Assembly: GCA_050287845.1 (NCBI GenBank)
Contig: JBNKCR010000088.1
Location: forward strand, 1 to 42,126
Direction: 5' to 3'
DNA: 42,126 nucleotides
Source of the DNA: Polyangia bacterium
GTDB taxonomy: Bacteria; Myxococcota_A; Polyangia; JAAYKL01
This document shows positions 36,256 through 42,126 of the stretch, in pieces. Each line of letters starts with the position of its first letter. Position 1 is the stretch's first letter. Under the pieces are notes generated by a model that worked only from the letters and a program-made list of their open reading frames with translations, had not been told where the DNA came from and did not search any database. A program made the position numbers and the translations under genes.

Positions 36256-38013
36256 TCAATGGCGTTTCCTTCCCGCATCTCTCCCGGATTCCTTTTCGTA
36301 GATAATGTGTTCGGCCACTTTCTTCACCCGCCGGTATCCGTGTTTCTTCAGATACTTTCGCCCCGATTTCGAATCGGTATATCGGCTGAGCACAAAGTAT
36401 TTTATTTTTCCACTGGCCAGTATCCTGGCCTTCTCCGATTCACTGCTTCGCCATTTTCGACGCTTGCCGCTCCGGGTGAATGTGCGTGCCTCAAAGGTAG
36501 GACTGCGATCTTTGCCTTCCACAAAGCGCATATTGAATTGCAAATCTTTAAACGCAGCAATGCCTTCGCCATTTTTCAGGTGCTTTTTCAGCCACTTTGT
36601 GGGAGCCACCAAATCCTCGCCGTAGTTGCCCCACGATTGCCCGGTAACGTAGTTGTTGGTGGACTGATGCACATAGAGGCCGGTATTCAACGCAACCAGA
36701 GGCACCATCAACCCAAGACTGATGGATGTCAGCGTACGCTTTTTCAGCAGTACCCGGGCCACTAGAAATGCAATTACAAAAATCCAGACGCTCCTGAAAA
36801 CGTGAATGGGAAATGTCTGTTCTATCTGAATCAATCGATCCGGAATATCCTGTGAGGCACACAGACCGGCAACCAGACCGGTGCACAGAATAAACAGAAA
36901 TGTGGTCAGGTGTTTTCGAACCATTTCGATGTACACATCCGCCATAAAAATCGCGGCCAGCAGATGCGCGGGCACTTCATACTTGATAAATGCGTCGGTG
37001 GGACGCAACACTTTGGTCACGGCAAACAGCACCAGGGCATAGAACATGCAGAGTTCCGCAAAAGCAATGGTTCTGTTTTTTTGGATGATCTCGCGTACCC
37101 GAATGCCGATGGCGACGAAGAACAGAACCAGATATGGCACAGAACTCCACGTGATGGTCACGCGCATGGAACTCCCGATTCGCTGGAATGCGTCGCCCCA
37201 TCCGTTGCGTTCGATCACGTGGTGAATCCCCAAATCGCCTTTCATCATTTTATTCTGCACCGTAAATTCCCACCAGGACCAGACGTCCGCGCCAGTTACT
37301 TTGCAGTAGAGAAGCCAGCTGCTCCAGAAAATGCCCACTGCAATGGCGCTGGCAAGAACAAACGCGGGGAGTTTTTTGAATTGTCCGATTACGAGCAGAT
37401 AGATGATGCTGCACGCAATGTAAACGGGAAAATTCGTCTCCTTGAGCCATAGCAGACTGACAATGCCCAATGTGGTCCAGAGATACGGATAAAATCGAAA
37501 CCGCGCATGCCCGACGGATTCCCGGTAAAATGCATAAAAGTACATCAGCAGAAAAAACCAGAACGCCTGCGCTTCAATGGCGAGCACAATACTTTCCTGG
37601 ACAAACAGCGGGTTGAACACCAGAAAAAAACCAGTCAGCACCAATTGGGAGTCCGGAAGATCCAGTCGCCGATGCACTCGAAATTTTAAAAAGAGAATTG
37701 TGCCTGCAAAGAGAAACACCCCGAGCAACCGCAGTGACCAATACTTCATTCCGAAAACAAGAATCATCACGGCCAGCAGATTGACGTGAAGGGTTGGATG
37801 TGAAACGGGCTCTTTCAATCTTTTAAGCAACCGAACATCATCCCCGGAATAATACGCCGGGGTTCCCGTCTCTGCGATGCCATGCGCCCACCCCGCATTG
37901 TAGATTTCATCCGATGCGAAGGGTTTGCCGATACTTCCGGCAATTACCAGAACATACACGGCAACACAGATAGCGGCGGATAGAATCCAGGGATTTCTAA
38001 TGTGCTGTATCAT
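36256..38013 (-). CDS. Polytopic membrane glycosyltransferase, GT-C (ArnT/PMT-like)
   Basis: SDE after TM1, SHP.L, R in the first loop, many hydrophobic helices, soluble C-terminal domain. Confidence 0.7.
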   Translation of the reverse strand: MIQHIRNPWILSAAICVAVYVLVIAGSIGKPFASDEIYNAGWAHGIAETGTPAYYSGDDVRLLKRLKEPVSHPTLHVNLLAVMILVFGMKYWSLRLLGVFLFAGTILFLKFRVHRRLDLPDSQLVLTGFFLVFNPLFVQESIVLAIEAQAFWFFLLMYFYAFYRESVGHARFRFYPYLWTTLGIVSLLWLKETNFPVYIACSIIYLLVIGQFKKLPAFVLASAIAVGIFWSSWLLYCKVTGADVWSWWEFTVQNKMMKGDLGIHHVIERNGWGDAFQRIGSSMRVTITWSSVPYLVLFFVAIGIRVREIIQKNRTIAFAELCMFYALVLFAVTKVLRPTDAFIKYEVPAHLLAAIFMADVYIEMVRKHLTTFLFILCTGLVAGLCASQDIPDRLIQIEQTFPIHVFRSVWIFVIAFLVARVLLKKRTLTSISLGLMVPLVALNTGLYVHQSTNNYVTGQSWGNYGEDLVAPTKWLKKHLKNGEGIAAFKDLQFNMRFVEGKDRSPTFEARTFTRSGKRRKWRSSESEKARILASGKIKYFVLSRYTDSKSGRKYLKKHGYRRVKKVAEHIIYEKESGRDAGRKRH

Positions 38014-38068
38014 TTTTCCTCACTTCTTACGGTCGAAGCCATTCATGGGATAATTCATCTGATTGCTC

Positions 38069-38084
38069 AGCAAATTCTGTTCCA
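38069..38084 (-). promoter_or_regulatory. Possible sigma54 promoter for the GT-C gene
   Basis: Minus strand TGGAACAGAATTTGCT, GG-N10-GC, about 55 bp upstream of the ATG. Confidence 0.5.
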
Positions 38085-38305
38085 TGCGCAACGAGCGATG
38101 AAACGCCCGTTACGGCTGGCGATGCAGACCAATGGTTCAATCATTGGTGTGTCAATCTGTGTCATTTCACATCCGTGACATGAAACGCCAATGAAAAGCA
38201 AGCCGATAAATCCACAGCATAAAGCAGTCTGACGCTGCGGTGCTTCCATCGAAATTCAATGCAATGCTACCGACAATTGCCTGTTTTAATTTTGTCGTTT
38301 TCCCC

Positions 38306-38334
38306 TTTACATCCCCACCTGCCGTAACGATAGT
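38306..38334 (+). promoter_or_regulatory. sigma70 promoter immediately upstream of dnaE
   Basis: TTTACA-N17-GATAGT-N6-ATG; no Shine-Dalgarno. Confidence 0.45.
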
Positions 38335-38340
38335 GAACAG

Positions 38341-41300
38341 ATGAGCACTGAAGACTTCGTACATCTGCACCTGCACACCCAATATTCGCTTCTGGATGGC
38401 GCCATTCGAGTAAAGGATTTAATTCCCAAAGTGAAGGAATACGGCATGAAGGCCGTGGCCATCACCGATCATGGCAACATGTTCGGCATTGCGGACTTTT
38501 ATAAAACAGCCATCGCCAACGACATCAAGCCTATCCTGGGCTGTGAGGCATATGTGGCGGAAAAAGACAGACGCGATAAAACCAACAGAAAGTCGTTTCA
38601 CCTGATTCTGCTGGCGCGGACGCAGGAAGGCTACAGCAATCTCAAGTATCTCGTATCAATGGGGTATGCCGAGGGGTTTTATTACCGTCCGCGAATCGAC
38701 AAAGAACTTCTGGCCAGACACAGCAAAGGACTCATCGCCTGCTCCGCCTGCCTCGGTGGCGAAGTTGCCCGGGCGTTCACCAACGGCAACTACGAAAAGG
38801 CCAAACAGGCCGCCAGGTCCCTGCGCGATTGCATGGAACCCGGAATGTTTTTCCTTGAAGTGCAGAACAACGGGTATGATGGTCAGGAAGCATACAACAA
38901 CGCCCTGAGAAAAATCGGACAGGAGCTCGATATTCCGCTGGTGGCCACCAACGACTGCCATTATCTGACCAGCGAGGACGCGAGGGCACACACCGTGCTC
39001 ATGTGTATCGGGCAGGGCAACACGCTGGAAGAATCCAAAGGGAAACTCCATTACACGGACGAGTTGTATCTGCGAACACCGGCAGAAATGGCAGGGGTGA
39101 TGCAACACTTTCCCGATGCCATGGAAAATACAGTGAAAATCGCAGAGATGTGCGAGAACGTTGTCCCCACGCGTAAAATCGAACTTCCGGACTACAAACT
39201 GCCCGAAGGCATGAAACTGGAGGATTTTCTCCGAAGAACCAGTCATGACATGCTGAACGAGCGGTTCGAGGAATTCAGGGTGCTCGGTAGAGAAGTGGAC
39301 ACCACCGTCTACCGCAAACGACTGGACATCGAACTCGATGTGATTTGCAGCATGGGATTTCCCGGCTACTTTCTGATCGTGATGGATTTCATCAACTGGG
39401 CCAAGGAACACGATATTCCTGTCGGTCCGGGACGCGGGTCCGGTGCCGGATCCCTGGTTGCGTACGCCCTGCGAATCACAAATCTTGATCCGCTTCCCCT
39501 CAATCTTCTGTTTGAACGATTCCTGAATCCCGAGCGCGTGTCCATGCCCGACTTCGACGTGGACTTCTGCAAAAATAAACGGGAGCAGGTGATTAACTAC
39601 GTGATTGACAAATACGGCGAAGACAACGTTGGCCAAATCGCCACGTTCCATCAGCTGAAAAGCCGTTCGGTGGTCCGGGACGTGGGACGGGTCATGGGCC
39701 TGCCGTATGCGGACGTTGATAAGATCGCCAAGCTGGTGCCGGAAGGCCCCAAAATCACACTGGCCAAAGCATTGGCTGAGGAAGAAAAATTACAGGATGC
39801 GCGCAGAGAAGACCCGCAAATCAACCAGTTGCTCACCTATGCGGAACGGCTTGAAAACCTGAACCGACACGCCGGTATGCATGCGGCCGGGGTGGTGATT
39901 GGCAACAAACCCCTCTGGCACTACGTTCCGGTATTCACCGCGGGCGACCGGAAAGCGGGCAACCCGCTGGTCAGCCAGTTTGACATGGGTCATGTGGAAA
40001 CCTGCGGTCTGGTAAAGTTTGACTTCCTGGGCCTGAAGACCCTTACCGTTATTGATACCGCCGTGAAGCTGGTGGCCAAGCGCCCCGATGTGGAAGGTAA
40101 AATCAATATCGACTGTATTCCACTGGATGTACAGGGTGTGTACGATATGATTTCCAGGGGTGACACCTGGGGCGTGTTTCAGTTGGAATCGTCCGGATTT
40201 CAGGAGCTTCTCAAAAAGCTCAAACCCGACTGCTTCGAAGACATTATCGCCGCGGTGGCGCTGTATCGGCCCGGGCCCCTTGAAGGCGGCATGGTGGACA
40301 CTTTCGTGGAGTGCAAACACGGTCGACAGGAAATCGTGTATCCGCACTCCAGCCTGGAGACAATCCTTAAAGAGACTTACGGTGTGATTGTTTATCAGGA
40401 GCAGGTAATGCAATCCGCACAGATTCTCGCCGGCTACTCTCTGGGTGCCGCAGATATCATGCGCCGGGCCATGGGTAAGAAAAAAGTCGAAGAGATGGTG
40501 AAGCAGCGCAATATTTTTGTCGCCGGCTGTGAAAAGAACAACATTCCCGCTGCCAAAGCCAATGAGATTTTCGACCTCATCGACAAATTTGCCGGATATG
40601 GTTTCAATAAAAGTCACTCTGCTGCATATGCCCTGGTCACCTATCAGACGGCATGGCTGAAATACCACTATCCTGCAGAATTTCTGGCCGCGTTGCTGAC
40701 ATGCGATCGGGAGAATACAGATAAGATTGCGGAGTATATCCGTCTTGGTAAAAAACGCGATATCCATGTGCTGCAGCCGGACATCAATCATTCTGAAATA
40801 AATTTTTCGGTTCTGTACGACAACGAGAACCAAAAAACCAGAGAAAAGATATTGTTTGGACTCGGCGCCATCAAGGGCGTTGGGGATGCGGCATTGAAGT
40901 CGATTATTGAAACAAGAGAAGACGGGCCGTACGGAGATATTTTTGATTTCGCGATGCGCGTGGATTTGAGCAAAGTCAATAAAGGGGTTTTCGAGAGCCT
41001 GACCAAGGCCGGGGCATTCGATAGCACCATCGCCGAAAGCGGGGTAAACAGAGGTCAGGTATATGGTGCCATTGAACGGGCGCTGGAGCGGGGAAAATCC
41101 GCTCAAAAAGATCGGGAATCCGGCCAGACCAGTTTGTTCGGTGCATTGTCAGGGCCTGCTGACAACGGGGCGAGTGCAACGGTGGAAACCGTTGATTATT
41201 CCAACACCACACCATGGAGTGAACGGGAAATTCTGACATTTGAAAAAGCGTCAGTGGGATTTTTCATGTCCGGTCATCCCATGGAGCGATACGAAAAGGA

Positions 41301-41862
41301 AGCATCAAGACTGACCGGTAACACCACCAAATCCCTTGAAACCAAAAAAGATGGCGAAGAAATCGTGATAGGCGGCATCATGATGGAATACAGCGAACGG
41401 AAGACCAAGTCCGGAAAGCGAATCGGACTGGGGGCCGTGGAAGATTTAACTGGAAGAGCAAACATTATTGTTTTTCCCAAAAATCTCGAGGCCAACAGCG
41501 AAGCGCTGCACAGCAGTGAACCGTTACTCATAAAGGGACGCGTTCTGGTAGACAGCCGTGGTGAAGGGGAAGATCGGAAAATTGCCGTCAATGAAGCCAC
41601 ATTGCTGGTGGACGTTCGCTCCAGCCGCACCACGGAAGTGTATCTGCAGATTGATGCCGATCAATTCCCCATGGAAGAAATGGAATCATTCAAAACCATT
41701 CTTTCCAGACACATGGGCAGATGTGATGCTTTCCTGGAAGTTCAAACCGCCGGAGCGGTCACAACAATGAATCTTCCGGAACAATATCGACTGAGCCCAT
41801 CCGACGAGCTGATTTATGAATTGAGTAATTTCACAGGCGTGAAAGAAATCATGTTCAAGTAA
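38341..41862 (+). CDS. dnaE: DNA polymerase III subunit alpha
   Basis: HLHLHTQYSLLDG PHP domain, GPGRGSGAGS, FERFLNPERVSMPDFDVDF, HAAG, KFDFLGL, GYGFNKSHS, OB fold; normal length. Confidence 0.99.
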   Translation: MSTEDFVHLHLHTQYSLLDGAIRVKDLIPKVKEYGMKAVAITDHGNMFGIADFYKTAIANDIKPILGCEAYVAEKDRRDKTNRKSFHLILLARTQEGYSNLKYLVSMGYAEGFYYRPRIDKELLARHSKGLIACSACLGGEVARAFTNGNYEKAKQAARSLRDCMEPGMFFLEVQNNGYDGQEAYNNALRKIGQELDIPLVATNDCHYLTSEDARAHTVLMCIGQGNTLEESKGKLHYTDELYLRTPAEMAGVMQHFPDAMENTVKIAEMCENVVPTRKIELPDYKLPEGMKLEDFLRRTSHDMLNERFEEFRVLGREVDTTVYRKRLDIELDVICSMGFPGYFLIVMDFINWAKEHDIPVGPGRGSGAGSLVAYALRITNLDPLPLNLLFERFLNPERVSMPDFDVDFCKNKREQVINYVIDKYGEDNVGQIATFHQLKSRSVVRDVGRVMGLPYADVDKIAKLVPEGPKITLAKALAEEEKLQDARREDPQINQLLTYAERLENLNRHAGMHAAGVVIGNKPLWHYVPVFTAGDRKAGNPLVSQFDMGHVETCGLVKFDFLGLKTLTVIDTAVKLVAKRPDVEGKINIDCIPLDVQGVYDMISRGDTWGVFQLESSGFQELLKKLKPDCFEDIIAAVALYRPGPLEGGMVDTFVECKHGRQEIVYPHSSLETILKETYGVIVYQEQVMQSAQILAGYSLGAADIMRRAMGKKKVEEMVKQRNIFVAGCEKNNIPAAKANEIFDLIDKFAGYGFNKSHSAAYALVTYQTAWLKYHYPAEFLAALLTCDRENTDKIAEYIRLGKKRDIHVLQPDINHSEINFSVLYDNENQKTREKILFGLGAIKGVGDAALKSIIETREDGPYGDIFDFAMRVDLSKVNKGVFESLTKAGAFDSTIAESGVNRGQVYGAIERALERGKSAQKDRESGQTSLFGALSGPADNGASATVETVDYSNTTPWSEREILTFEKASVGFFMSGHPMERYEKEASRLTGNTTKSLETKKDGEEIVIGGIMMEYSERKTKSGKRIGLGAVEDLTGRANIIVFPKNLEANSEALHSSEPLLIKGRVLVDSRGEGEDRKIAVNEATLLVDVRSSRTTEVYLQIDADQFPMEEMESFKTILSRHMGRCDAFLEVQTAGAVTTMNLPEQYRLSPSDELIYELSNFTGVKEIMFK

Positions 41863-41985
41863 ATACTTGCGGCCCCCCTGAACCGCTTCATTCCACCTCA
41901 TCTCCCCAGAAAAGCCAATGACATTTCAGGTAACGAAGTGAATTTCAATGGATAGCGGATTGTGCAGCCATAAGCTGAGAGAGCG

Positions 41986-42019
41986 AAAAAAAAGCCCAGC
42001 CTGACGAATCAGACTGGGC
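41986..42019 (-). terminator. Rho-independent terminator downstream of the 5S rRNA
   Basis: Minus strand GCCCAGTCTGA-TTCG-TCAGGCTGGGC followed by T8. Confidence 0.9.
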
Positions 42020-42028
42020 AGAAGAAAA

Positions 42029-42126
42029 ACCCGGCGATGACCTACTCTCCCACAGGGACTCCCTGCAGTACCATCGGCGCTGGAGGACTTAACTTCCGAG
42101 TTCGGAAAGGGATCGGGTGTGGCCCC
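42029..42126 (-). rRNA. rrf: 5S rRNA, 5' end outside the window
   Basis: Reverse complement CACACCCGATCCCTTTCCGAACTCGGAAGTTAAG...GCCGATGGTACTGC...GTGGGAGAGTAGG...CGCCGGG matches the 5S consensus. Confidence 0.97.

Noticed and set aside
38341..41862. Intein or split intein in dnaE
   Set aside because: Normal length with continuous motifs; no intein-sized insertion.

Overview
Bacterial chromosomal window, probably from an anaerobic Myxococcota/deltaproteobacterial lineage. This is inferred from the Asp-Thr/Asp-Ser linker lipoproteins, Cys-rich myxobacterial-type repeats, a Hanks kinase, sigma54 promoters and an orange-protein-type operon. It holds about 32 CDS. Housekeeping genes: recQ, tsaC-like, mntP, double-domain thyX, srkA, efp, dnaE, plus the 3' part of a 5S rRNA at the right edge. 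Secreted polysaccharide-linked enzymes: a CE15 esterase, a GH5 glucanase and an M4/M36-like metalloprotease with a CBM2. Signalling genes: a PAS/GAF sigma54 activator, a His-less hybrid kinase, a sugar-sensor GGDEF protein and a Ser/Thr kinase. There is also a sigma54-driven NifX/Orp + MinD-FeS ATPase operon. I see no CRISPR array, transposase, integrase, reverse transcriptase, phage or defence island, so I cannot claim a clearly new system. Best leads: (1) an orphan ~180-nt highly structured region between convergent genes at 33051-33226 (candidate ncRNA); (2) an activator -> sigma54 promoter -> ABM -> pseudo-histidine kinase -> REC-fragment module with matching candidate binding sites; (3) a run of hairpins at 13004-13236; (4) a TGAAACA enhancer array on an orp-type operon that has no adjacent regulator; (5) an internally deleted hot-dog-fold gene; (6) probable leaderless dnaE and srkA transcripts. 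All calls come from reading motifs by eye; no searches were run.
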